From positions 1-49,996 of the IMG/VR virus record IMGVR_UViG_3300020045_001042: a DNA stretch of 49,996 nt; one strand, given 5' to 3'. The notes beneath the pieces were generated by a model. The model searched no databases. It saw nothing but the letters and a program-made list of their open reading frames with translations, and was not told the DNA's origin. Position 1 is the first letter of the stretch. The number at the start of each line of letters is the position of its first letter. Source of the stretch: a virus. Lineage: Duplodnaviria; Caudoviricetes. The translations under genes were made by a program, and so were the position numbers. Positions 1 to 8,722 of the stretch are shown here, piece by piece.

Positions 1-121
1 ACAGTGGTACTTCCTTTAGACAGCACGACACAATTACCAAGAGTAGCTACTGAGTGGCTGGAACGATATGAATTTGACCATAACACCATAAACAATAACC
101 ATATTATGTGGTCAGATAAGT
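1..121. repeat. Terminal overlap of circular assembly (copy 1)
   Basis: 1-121 is identical to 49876-49996 and falls inside the primase ORF, so it is an assembly overlap rather than a biological terminal repeat. Confidence 0.95.
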
Positions 122-549
122 ACCAGAAATTAATCTTCCCATACTTTATAGATGGAGTGTTGGTAGCATGGCAAGGGAGAGTCTTTGACTCAAAAGAAAA
201 AGAAAAAAGGAAGTGGTTCTCACAAGGAGCTTTAGATTCCTTTATCTATACACGAGGCAAGGATTCTCCCGCCATTGTATTAACTGAAAGTATTATTAGT
301 GCAATCAAAACAGGAAGGCATCAAAAGAGTAGCCCTATATATGGGTCGGTCATATCTACATACAGATGGTCTGCTCTTAGTCACCTAACAGATCACATAA
401 TCTTATGGTTAGATCCAGATAAAAAGAAAGAAGCACTCAAGCAAGCTAACACTGGTGGACTATTTATCCCTAAGATATCAATTATATTTAGTGACAAGAA
501 ACCTAAAGATTATACATACGATGAAATAAAGGAGTATATAAATGTGTAA
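1..549 (+). CDS. DNA primase, catalytic/TOPRIM part
   Basis: LIFPYF...WQGR, IVLTES and LWLDPD TOPRIM motifs; lies upstream of the helicase. Confidence 0.85.
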   Translation, partial: TVVLPLDSTTQLPRVATEWLERYEFDHNTINNNHIMWSDKYQKLIFPYFIDGVLVAWQGRVFDSKEKEKRKWFSQGALDSFIYTRGKDSPAIVLTESIISAIKTGRHQKSSPIYGSVISTYRWSALSHLTDHIILWLDPDKKKEALKQANTGGLFIPKISIIFSDKKPKDYTYDEIKEYINV

Positions 550-733
550 AATTAATTGTAATGGTGGATGCCGTGAATGTGCTCCAGAAGATCATCTAGA
601 GGAATATAAATTACTATTAAAAGAATCTTTAGTACATTTAAAGAACTTGAATGAATATCCTTGGTCTGACTTTCCAGATGTAACAGAAGCTACTGAGTTC
701 ATAAATAAATTAGAAAAGCTATTGAATGACTAG
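542..733 (+). CDS. Hypothetical protein
   Basis: 63-aa ORF overlapping both neighbours in the operon; N-terminal Cys cluster. Confidence 0.6.
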   Translation: MCKINCNGGCRECAPEDHLEEYKLLLKESLVHLKNLNEYPWSDFPDVTEATEFINKLEKLLND

Positions 734-1955
734 ACCCGAATTATCTCTAATTAAGTTACTTCTTAATCAAGAATTATATGACAAGTATCGTAGTTATATT
801 ACTCTTCCTAAAGAAGAGATAGAACTACAGAATTTATATAAACACCTTGATACTCTTATCTTAGAATATAAAAGAGATATATCTTTTGAAGAGTTCTGTA
901 TTTATGTACAAACTAATACGTTTAATAAACAAGATACAACCAACGCTCTACTAGATATCCTTAAACAACAGGATATCCAGCTGGATCTTGCACAATCCCT
1001 CTTGGTTCAATTAAAAGAGCGTAACCTAGCCAATGCTATAGCCTTACAAGCTATTAAGATTACAGAAGGTACTGGATCTCTCAACGATCTATCCAAATTA
1101 TTAGAAGATCACGAAGAAGATGTAGAAGATACCATTGAAGATCCATTTGTATCAACAGACTTAAAGGAATTATATGAACAACGAGTCCTTAAACATGGAT
1201 TACGATGGAGACTTAGAACTCTTAACCGAATGCTTGGATCTCTTAGAAAAGGAGATTTCGGATTTATCTTTGCGAGGCCGGAGACAGGCAAAACTACTTT
1301 CCTTGCATCTGAAATTAGTTTCTTTGCGGGACAGCTTAAGGAAGAAGACGGACCAATCCTCTGGTTCAATAATGAGGAAGATGGACAAAAAGTCCAACTC
1401 AGAATCTTCCAATCCACCCTTGGATTATCTCATCTAGATCTATTCAAGGATATCAAATCCTCCAATGAAGAATATTACAATCTAACTAAAGATAAGATTA
1501 AGATTATAGATTCAGCACAAACATCTAAATCAGATGTCGAACGTATCTGTAAGAAATATAATCCATCTCTTATTGTTTTCGATCAGATTGATAAAGTAAA
1601 AGGATTTGACGGAGATAGAGAAGATTTACGCTTAGGAGGTATCTATATATGGGCACGTGAATTAGCCAAAACTTATTGTCCGGTGATTGGTGTTACGCAA
1701 GCAGACGGAACAGCAGAAGGCAAGAAGTGGCTTACTATGGATAATGTATCTAATGCTAAGACTGCCAAACAAGCAGAAGCAGATTGGATCTTAGGTATAG
1801 GTGCTACTCATCAAGATGGATTTGAATTCATACGACATCTACATGCATCTAAGAATAAACTAGATGGAGATGAAGATAGTGATCCAGCCCTACGGCACGG
1901 AAAATGTGACGTGATAATACAGCCTGATACGGCACGATATAGGGACTACGACTAA
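726..1955 (+). CDS. SF4 (DnaB/T7 gp4-like) replicative helicase
   Basis: Walker A ARPETGKT, Walker B IVFDQ, later VTQA and KNK motifs. Confidence 0.9.
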   Translation: MTRPELSLIKLLLNQELYDKYRSYITLPKEEIELQNLYKHLDTLILEYKRDISFEEFCIYVQTNTFNKQDTTNALLDILKQQDIQLDLAQSLLVQLKERNLANAIALQAIKITEGTGSLNDLSKLLEDHEEDVEDTIEDPFVSTDLKELYEQRVLKHGLRWRLRTLNRMLGSLRKGDFGFIFARPETGKTTFLASEISFFAGQLKEEDGPILWFNNEEDGQKVQLRIFQSTLGLSHLDLFKDIKSSNEEYYNLTKDKIKIIDSAQTSKSDVERICKKYNPSLIVFDQIDKVKGFDGDREDLRLGGIYIWARELAKTYCPVIGVTQADGTAEGKKWLTMDNVSNAKTAKQAEADWILGIGATHQDGFEFIRHLHASKNKLDGDEDSDPALRHGKCDVIIQPDTARYRDYD

Positions 1956-2167
1956 TGTTACAACTAGAAGCTGATATAGTAGCTAAGGCTATTCGCAACT
2001 CATCTAAAACCCTAAAAGATAAAAAGGAAATAGCTAATGTAATTGTAAATGAAATGTTAAAACGAGATCAATTCTTTAATTGGAAACGATTTAATAACTT
2101 AGCTTTACATGAGTTCCCAGAGGGATGGCCCAATCGAGTCGATGATGCTTGGTTAAAGGATAATTAA
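1955..2167 (+). CDS. Hypothetical protein
   Basis: 70-aa ORF translationally coupled to both neighbours. Confidence 0.6.
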   Translation: MLQLEADIVAKAIRNSSKTLKDKKEIANVIVNEMLKRDQFFNWKRFNNLALHEFPEGWPNRVDDAWLKDN

Positions 2168-2695
2168 ATGAGCAGACAAACTTTCTTTGTTTCAGATATG
2201 CATTTTGGACATAAGAATATAATTGAATATTGTAATCGTCCGTATGTAACAGTAGATGGAATGAACAATGATCTTATTCTTAAATGGAACAAAACTGTTA
2301 ACAAAGAAGATTTAGTTTATCATTTAGGTGATTGGGCCTTTAATGACTATTGGTGTATTGGAGAATTAAATGGAACTATCATATCTATCCCCGGAAATCA
2401 TGACCACGAAAGAAAAAAGAAATTGGATCCGTTTGTTACATTAGAACAAAATGAAATCTTATATTTAAAAATTACACCTGAAATTAGATTTGTTCTTTGT
2501 CACTATCCACTAGATGCTTGGAGAAGAGAATATAAATACCATTTACATGGTCATAATCATGGTATGACTGGAGTAAAAACTAATAGATTAGATGTAGGTA
2601 TTGATGCAAGTAAATTGTATAGACCAATGCATATAGATGAAGTAATGGATAAGATGAAATTAAATAATCTTTGGGCAGAGGAAATGAAACAATGA
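2168..2695 (+). CDS. Calcineurin-like metallophosphoesterase
   Basis: SDMHFGH, HLGDW, GNHD, HYP and HGHNH motifs. Confidence 0.9.
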   Translation: MSRQTFFVSDMHFGHKNIIEYCNRPYVTVDGMNNDLILKWNKTVNKEDLVYHLGDWAFNDYWCIGELNGTIISIPGNHDHERKKKLDPFVTLEQNEILYLKITPEIRFVLCHYPLDAWRREYKYHLHGHNHGMTGVKTNRLDVGIDASKLYRPMHIDEVMDKMKLNNLWAEEMKQ

Positions 2696-2868
2696 GTAAA
2701 GATAGAAAACAAGTTACTGTTGTATTTGATATACAAACTGTTGATGAGTTCCATAAAAATAAACAGATTAATGAATACCTTAGCCGTTGCTTTCGTGATT
2801 TTGCTGCTACTTACAACATTATTAATTATGAAATCTTGAATTCAGATAGTGAATTTAAATCTAAATGA
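2692..2868 (+). CDS. Hypothetical protein
   Basis: ATG 2692 (MSKDRK) after GAGG; ATGA overlaps with both neighbours. Confidence 0.55.
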   Translation: MSKDRKQVTVVFDIQTVDEFHKNKQINEYLSRCFRDFAATYNIINYEILNSDSEFKSK

Positions 2869-4007
2869 GGATCTTCGCGCTCGACGTTGAAACAACTATA
2901 AATCATAAGGGTAATGCATTCGATGAAACTAATAATCTTGTTCTGGGCGGCTATGGTAGTGATTCCTATTATGATATATTCATTCCAAATGATGTGGGAA
3001 GAATACAGGAAGTTTTGGATCAAGCAAGGCTTGTGGTTTTATTTAATGCAAAGTTTGATCTTCATTGGATTAGGAGGATTGGTGTTAAGTTTAACATACG
3101 TCTCCCTATATGGGATTGCCAACTAGCTGAGTTCGTTCTATCTAATCAACAATGGAAGTATCCATCCCTAGAGGAAGCTTGTGCTAAACGTGGATTAGGC
3201 CATAAGATTGACGTAATTAAAGAAGAGTATTGGAATAAGGGAATAGATACAAACATGATTCCTTTTGATGTTCTCACTACTTATCTTAGACAAGATATTA
3301 ATCTTACTTATCTTCTATATCTAGCCCAAGTAGAAGAGTTTAAAAAGCTAGAGCATAGAGATAAGTTAAAGCTATTCCGATTACAGTGCTATGATCTTAT
3401 GGTCTTACAGGAAATGGAATATAACGGATACAAATTCAATGTGGAACAAGCAAAGATTGAAGTTACTAAGATGGAAGAAGCCACCACTAGAATCGTGGAT
3501 GCTCTTACTGTTATGTTTCCTGATGTTCCCCTCAATTATTCTTCTAACGATCATATTAGCTGTCTCTTATATGGTGGGGATCTTATACACGAGTACCGTG
3601 TGCCTGTGGGAGTCTATAAAAGTGGAGGTAAGATCGGAGAGACACGATACAAAATAATGGAACAACGTTACACCTTCCCTAGATTAGTAGAACCTCTAAA
3701 GGGAAGTGAGTTAGCTAAAGAAGGTTACTTCTCTACTAATGAGGATGTTCTCAAGAATCTAAACGCAACCGGTAAAGCTAAGAAGTTAATAGATCTTCTA
3801 TTAGAACGAAGAGGAATTGAGAAACTACGAGGAACTTACTATGATGGTATTCCAAACTTAATTAAAGATATGAATTGGAAGGATGAGATTGTGCATGGTC
3901 AATTAAATCAATGTGTTACAAGCACAGGTAGATTAAGTGCTACAAAACCTAATAGCCAGAATATGCCAAGTGATTGTAAACGTCTTTGTATAAGTCGTTA
4001 TGACTAG
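2865..4007 (+). CDS. Family A DNA polymerase, part I (3'-5' exonuclease and thumb)
   Basis: ExoI DVET, ExoII FNAKFD, ExoIII YLRQD; TSTGRLSATKPNSQN motif at the C-terminus. Confidence 0.9.
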   Translation: MRIFALDVETTINHKGNAFDETNNLVLGGYGSDSYYDIFIPNDVGRIQEVLDQARLVVLFNAKFDLHWIRRIGVKFNIRLPIWDCQLAEFVLSNQQWKYPSLEEACAKRGLGHKIDVIKEEYWNKGIDTNMIPFDVLTTYLRQDINLTYLLYLAQVEEFKKLEHRDKLKLFRLQCYDLMVLQEMEYNGYKFNVEQAKIEVTKMEEATTRIVDALTVMFPDVPLNYSSNDHISCLLYGGDLIHEYRVPVGVYKSGGKIGETRYKIMEQRYTFPRLVEPLKGSELAKEGYFSTNEDVLKNLNATGKAKKLIDLLLERRGIEKLRGTYYDGIPNLIKDMNWKDEIVHGQLNQCVTSTGRLSATKPNSQNMPSDCKRLCISRYD

Positions 4008-4022
4008 AAAGAGAGGTAAGAC

Positions 4023-4760
4023 TTGATCGTTAATTTAGACGCCAAGTCGCTTTAGCTGGAATGGATTTCATACCTATATCTATCCCAAGATAAGAATGGT
4101 ATTCAAGAATGGCTAGAGTTCGTAGATAACCAGAAACTAAATGACATACATACAAAAAATCAAAAGGATCTTAACCTTATATCAAGGCTTATCAGTAAGA
4201 TCTTTCTTTTCAGATGCATTTATCGTGGCCCTGCTTTTGCCTATGCTCGTGATCCTGATTTCTCTAGTGTATCTACTAGTGTAAAATACTGGCAGAAAGT
4301 AATAGATAATTTCTTTGAGAAATACTATGGACTAAATCAAAAACACCTTGAACTTATACGAGAAGCTACTACTACTGGACAAACAGTTAGTCCTTTTGGT
4401 AGAGTACATGAACATAAGCAACGACAGACGAAACAAGGTTTAGATTGGAATGTCTCGGACATTACTAATCATATCAATCAAGGATGTGGTGCTGATGTAA
4501 TGGCTGTTGCTCGTGTGATCTTTGCTAGTCGTTGGATGGATAGTGGATTAGAAGGTAAGTTAATCTCTACTGTACATGACAGCATCGTAACAGACGTACC
4601 AGAGAAGAATGTAAAGGCTTGTGCTGAGATTATGTTTGATACCTTTAGAGATCTACCTAAGAGTATTAGTAAAGCATATGGAGTAGATTGGAATCTTCCC
4701 CTAATTTGCGAGGTAGCTTATGGGCCAAACATGAAAGAACAAACAGTAATAACTCTATGA
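4023..4760 (+). CDS. Family A DNA polymerase, part II (palm/fingers), interrupted by in-frame TAG at 4053-4055
   Basis: RBS GAGAGGT 4011-4017 and TTG 4023; reads MIVNLDAKSL*LEWISYL (motif A), RLISKIFLFRCIY (motif B), NQGCGADV, TVHDS (motif C); frame is open from 4056 to 4760. Confidence 0.85.
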
Positions 4761-5206
4761 TAACCTGTACTAAATGTAAACAAGAAAAAAATGAATCTGA
4801 ATTCTACAATAGAAAGGATACTAAGACCAAGAAAACAGAGAAATGTAAATTATGTGTTAATCTAACACATGCGGAATGGGAAAAACGAAATCCACATTAC
4901 CAACGAGATTATTGTAATGCTCGCAGACTTAAAAATAAATTAAGTATTATAGAAAAATTAGGGGGTAAATGTGTTCATTGTGGTTTGGTGGATAATCATG
5001 TTGTTTATGATCTACATCATCTTGATCCATCAATAAAAGAATACTCTTTAGGATTAATTCTAGATCATTCTCAAAATAAAATACAATCTGAATTAGATAA
5101 GTGTATTCTACTATGTTCAAATTGCCATAGAAAAGAGCATGATAGATTAAGAAAAGAAGTTGGTTACGGCCCTAATCAAAAAGATCTAACTGAAATAAAG
5201 ATGTAA
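4757..5206 (+). CDS. Free-standing HNH endonuclease with Zn ribbons
   Basis: CxxC pairs, DLHHLDP...LCSNCHRKEH; ATG 4757 overlaps the polymerase stop (ATGA). Confidence 0.85.
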   Translation: MITCTKCKQEKNESEFYNRKDTKTKKTEKCKLCVNLTHAEWEKRNPHYQRDYCNARRLKNKLSIIEKLGGKCVHCGLVDNHVVYDLHHLDPSIKEYSLGLILDHSQNKIQSELDKCILLCSNCHRKEHDRLRKEVGYGPNQKDLTEIKM

Positions 5207-5212
5207 AAATGC

Positions 5213-5241
5213 TTGACAAGATTAGATACTTACTGTATAAT
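5213..5241 (+). promoter_or_regulatory. Consensus sigma70 promoter
   Basis: TTGACA (5213-5218), 17 nt, TATAAT (5236-5241). Confidence 0.85.
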
Positions 5242-5254
5242 AATCTTATTGATT

Positions 5255-5288
5255 AAAGAGAAGACCCCTTAGAGGGTCTTTCTCTTTT
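5255..5288 (+). terminator. Intrinsic terminator-like hairpin
   Basis: AAAGAGAAGACCC-CTTAGA-GGGTCTTTCTCTTTT. Confidence 0.6.
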
Positions 5289-5320
5289 ATATATAAACTA
5301 ATTAAAAGGAATTAAAAAGA

Positions 5321-5857
5321 ATGAAGTTTCAGATCGAAGTCATCAACGTACAATCATCTACCAAACCAGCTAAGAATGGTACATACACTCAGCTAGATGT
5401 TGCGTATAAGCGTGTAGATACAGGTAAGATTGAAGGTAAGAAGGTTATGTCTTTTGTTAATAAAGATATCTTTAATCTATTTAGTAAGGCTACTACAGGT
5501 CAAGTCTACGATATTAATACTGAGAAAGTTGGTGAGTATTGGCAATGGACAGAAGCTAGTCTATCTAGTGGTGGTACTAGTGTAGGGCAAGAAGCCTCAG
5601 CTAAATCATTCAGTGCCTCTCCTGCACCTAAGAGTACCTATGAGACTGCTGAAGAACGTGCCAAGCGTCAAATCCTTATTGTTCGTCAATCTAGTCTAGC
5701 ACAAGCAGTAGATATCCTATCCGTTAATCCGGGTAAGGAGAAGCTACAACTAAGTGATGTGTTAGATCTAGCAGATCGTCTTGTTGGTTGGGTATTTGAG
5801 ACTCCACCTCCTCCATCAATGGATATTGGTGAGATGGATTCGGATATTCCTTACTAA
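5321..5857 (+). CDS. Putative single-stranded DNA-binding protein
   Basis: Position in the replication module, beta-rich N-terminus, acidic tail ending DSDIPY; strong RBS AAGGA. Confidence 0.55.
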   Translation: MKFQIEVINVQSSTKPAKNGTYTQLDVAYKRVDTGKIEGKKVMSFVNKDIFNLFSKATTGQVYDINTEKVGEYWQWTEASLSSGGTSVGQEASAKSFSASPAPKSTYETAEERAKRQILIVRQSSLAQAVDILSVNPGKEKLQLSDVLDLADRLVGWVFETPPPPSMDIGEMDSDIPY

Positions 5858-5870
5858 TATAAGGATTTAA

Positions 5871-6782
5871 ATGATAGGCAATATAGATGGCGACCTAGTA
5901 GGATTCAGGTGTGCTGCATCAGTCGGAGATGGTGAGGAAGAGATTGCTATTCTCCGTACTGATCGGCTAATGAGAGAACTAATTCATTCAACAGAAGTAG
6001 ATGGTTATAATTGTTTCATCTCTGGTGGTGGTAACTTCCGTAAGAAAGTTAACCCACTATACAAAGCTAATAGAACTACTGAACCACCTAAATATTTACA
6101 AGCGTGTCGTGAATTCTTATTAAGGGAATGGAACGCAGTCTTAGCTAACGGATGTGAGGCAGATGATCTCCTTGGGATTAATCAAAAGATTATCAATGAC
6201 TCATATCATTCTATGATTCTAGAGGGGCAGCAACAAGGCTGCCACGAATCTATTATTATTTCCCTTGATAAAGATCTTTTAATGATTCCGGGGTGGCATT
6301 ATTCATGGGAGATTAGTGGTGCAACATGGACTAAGGATGCATCTAAAACTTTCACTACACCATTAGAGGGACTACGCACATTCTATAAGCAAATGCTTAT
6401 TGGCGATAAAACAGATAACATCTTTGGTGTTACTGGAATTGGAAAAGTAAAAGCAGCCAAGATCCTTGATGACATCGAAGATGAAGAAGAGATGATTGAT
6501 ATAGTACATGATCTATACAACGAAGATAGTGCCCGCTTCTTAATGAACGCTCAATGTTTATGGATTATGCAACGAGAAGGAGAAACATGGGTAAGTCGAA
6601 TAAAGCACTTGATTTTACCAGATCTATTGAAACAAGAGGTGGATGCGAAGTACGATTTTATGACATCTTTGATGGACGATACATCAATGGAGCCTATTAC
6701 GACTCCTCAGATGACATCTACTATCCTCTCCAATGGGGAGTTGATGGCATGTACGGTTCTACCCGAAGTGATCTTGATCTAG
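5871..6782 (+). CDS. 5'-3' exonuclease (T7 gp6/FEN-like)
   Basis: IDGD, YKANR, EADD, DKDL, GDKTDNIFGVTGIGKVKA (H3TH). Confidence 0.9.
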   Translation: MIGNIDGDLVGFRCAASVGDGEEEIAILRTDRLMRELIHSTEVDGYNCFISGGGNFRKKVNPLYKANRTTEPPKYLQACREFLLREWNAVLANGCEADDLLGINQKIINDSYHSMILEGQQQGCHESIIISLDKDLLMIPGWHYSWEISGATWTKDASKTFTTPLEGLRTFYKQMLIGDKTDNIFGVTGIGKVKAAKILDDIEDEEEMIDIVHDLYNEDSARFLMNAQCLWIMQREGETWVSRIKHLILPDLLKQEVDAKYDFMTSLMDDTSMEPITTPQMTSTILSNGELMACTVLPEVILI

Positions 6783-6814
6783 TAAATGTAAATGATAAAA
6801 CAAAAGAAGATTAA
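6587..6814 (+). CDS. Small conserved-looking phage protein overlapping the exonuclease 3' end
   Basis: RBS GAAGGAG then ATG 6587; TRGG.EVR...W...G...DLDL pattern seen in small phage proteins. Confidence 0.55.
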   Translation: MGKSNKALDFTRSIETRGGCEVRFYDIFDGRYINGAYYDSSDDIYYPLQWGVDGMYGSTRSDLDLVNVNDKTKED

Positions 6815-7181
6815 AGTACCAAACTATAAGAGTAAATTTGAAGTAGAAGTAGCTAGTAAATTAGGAGATCTTGCAGTATATGAACCAGATAAACTTAAAT
6901 TTATTCAACCGCCTAAGAACCGCAATTATTGTCCTGACTTTAAATTGCTATCCAATGGAATATATATTGAGGCCAAGGGTAAATTTACCTATGAAGATAT
7001 GGACAAGATGTTATGGGTTAAAGAACAACATCCAGACAAACAATTCTATATCTTGTTTATGAATGCTCGTAATAAGATTCGTAAAGGTAGTCTTACAACT
7101 TATGGTGATTGGGCTACCAAGAAGGGTTTCATTTGGGCTGACTGGAAAACACAAGGAATACCAGAAGAATGGATAAAATAA
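6792..7181 (+). CDS. T7 endonuclease I-like Holliday junction resolvase
   Basis: YKSKFE...YCPDF...IEAKG...TTYGDWA. Confidence 0.85.
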   Translation: MIKQKKIKVPNYKSKFEVEVASKLGDLAVYEPDKLKFIQPPKNRNYCPDFKLLSNGIYIEAKGKFTYEDMDKMLWVKEQHPDKQFYILFMNARNKIRKGSLTTYGDWATKKGFIWADWKTQGIPEEWIK

Positions 7182-7982
7182 ATGGCGACGCATTTAGTAT
7201 TACCGGATTGTCAAATCAAACCAGAGCAAGATGTATCCTATCTTAAATGTATAGGTGAGTATATAGTAGAAAAGAAGCCAGATGTTATAATTAATATCGG
7301 TGACTTCGGAGATATGCCTTCTCTTAGTTCATATGATTTTGGTAAGAAGTCATTTGAAGGGCGTAGATATCGTGATGATGTGCAAGCTACACGAGATGCT
7401 ATGCAGATTCTAATGCAACCTATTATAGATTATAATAAGAATGCCGTAAAGAATAAAAAGAAAGTATATCGCCCACGTCTCGTGTTAACCTTAGGGAATC
7501 ATGAACATCGTATTGTGCGTGCCGTAGAAAATGATGCTAAGTTAGATGGCACAATAGGAATAGATGATCTTCACTATGAACAGTTCGGTTGGGAAGTATA
7601 TCCTTATCAAGAAGTAGTATTTATTGATGGTATTGCTTATTCCCATGTGTTTACTACTGGAGTAATGGGACGACCAGTTACATCTGCTCGTGCTCTTGTT
7701 ACTAAAAAACATATGAGTTGCATTCAGGGACACAACCAGAAAATGGAGATCTATAGTGAGTATCGTGCAGATGGAACCATGCTTACCGGGCTCTTCGCCG
7801 GATGTTGTTACCAACATGACGAAGCATACCTCGGTCCTCAAGGGAATAATTACTTCCGAGGAATCCACATGCTCTACGATGTCAATGAAGGACACTTCCA
7901 TTGCCATTCCATTACTCTGGACTATCTCCTTGCTAGAACTAAACGAAGGTTACGTGATGGATCTATGGAAGGAATACAATGA
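7182..7982 (+). CDS. Second metallophosphoesterase
   Basis: PDCQ, IGDFGD, GNHE, SH and QGH motifs. Confidence 0.8.
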   Translation: MATHLVLPDCQIKPEQDVSYLKCIGEYIVEKKPDVIINIGDFGDMPSLSSYDFGKKSFEGRRYRDDVQATRDAMQILMQPIIDYNKNAVKNKKKVYRPRLVLTLGNHEHRIVRAVENDAKLDGTIGIDDLHYEQFGWEVYPYQEVVFIDGIAYSHVFTTGVMGRPVTSARALVTKKHMSCIQGHNQKMEIYSEYRADGTMLTGLFAGCCYQHDEAYLGPQGNNYFRGIHMLYDVNEGHFHCHSITLDYLLARTKRRLRDGSMEGIQ

Positions 7983-8161
7983 AATCGGTTGGCAATAAAT
8001 ATTCTAAATATAAATGTCTTCTCTGTGGTGATATAATCTCATCTTCTTATGAAGGTGAATTTGTTACTTGCTCATGTAAGAAATGTTCTATAGATCAAAC
8101 TAAGTCTTATATGAGATTAATAGGTAACATCCATGATATGGAGTTAGTTAAAGATGAGTGA
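7979..8161 (+). CDS. Small Zn-finger protein
   Basis: CLLCGD...CSC. Confidence 0.6.
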   Translation: MKSVGNKYSKYKCLLCGDIISSSYEGEFVTCSCKKCSIDQTKSYMRLIGNIHDMELVKDE

Positions 8162-8531
8162 GCAGGTATGGCCTATGGTAGTACGAGATATGCTGAATCG
8201 TAATGAAGCTGGTGCTGTTAAATACAACAGATATCTACGAACAGACTGTCCAGACAATATGCTCCAACATGCATACGAAGAATCATTAGATCTCTGTGTA
8301 TATCTAAAAACACAGATAGAGAAAGAGAATCAAACACGCCGTGAGGCGCTATTAAAGGAAAAAGAAGAATGGATGTTAAAAAGTATCAGGACTGGACTAT
8401 CACAACAGCAGTCTACCCCAATGCAGGAGAGCATGGATTTAACGAAGCTTTGTATCTCACCCTCGGACTTTCAAGTGAAGCTGGTGAGGTCGCTGGAAAG
8501 ATTAAGAAAATCATCCGAGGAGACAAGGTAG
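8154..8531 (+). CDS. Hypothetical protein, possibly all-alpha NTP pyrophosphohydrolase-like
   Basis: GAVKY...LQHAYEESLDLCVYL. Confidence 0.5.
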   Translation: MSEQVWPMVVRDMLNRNEAGAVKYNRYLRTDCPDNMLQHAYEESLDLCVYLKTQIEKENQTRREALLKEKEEWMLKSIRTGLSQQQSTPMQESMDLTKLCISPSDFQVKLVRSLERLRKSSEETR

Positions 8532-8722
8532 AACCGGAAGCTCTTGTATCTGAACTAAGTGATGTTCTATGGTATCTTACCCGTATGTGTGATAACTTAG
8601 GTTTCAGCCTAGAAGATCTAGCAGATTATAGTTATAATAAACTAGAGAAAAGAAAAGAGATGGATGTTATTAAAGGAGATGGCGACACAAATGAAAGTCG
8701 AATTATTACAGATAACACCTGA
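8369..8722 (+). CDS. MazG-like nucleotide pyrophosphohydrolase
   Basis: GLSSEAGEVAGKIKK...ELSDVLWY. Confidence 0.85.
   Translation: MDVKKYQDWTITTAVYPNAGEHGFNEALYLTLGLSSEAGEVAGKIKKIIRGDKVEPEALVSELSDVLWYLTRMCDNLGFSLEDLADYSYNKLEKRKEMDVIKGDGDTNESRIITDNT

Noticed and set aside
1-121. Biological direct terminal repeat
   Set aside because: It lies mid-primase and is an exact end overlap typical of circular assembly
4053-4055. Genome-wide TAG recoding or amber suppression
   Set aside because: TAG ends other genes (for example 4005, 27378, 49567), no other in-frame TAG interruptions were seen, no CUA-anticodon tRNA is present, and readthrough would leave motif A two residues too long
4500-4760. Stand-alone 86-aa ORF
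   Set aside because: It is only the motif C end of polymerase part II, whose frame is open from 4056
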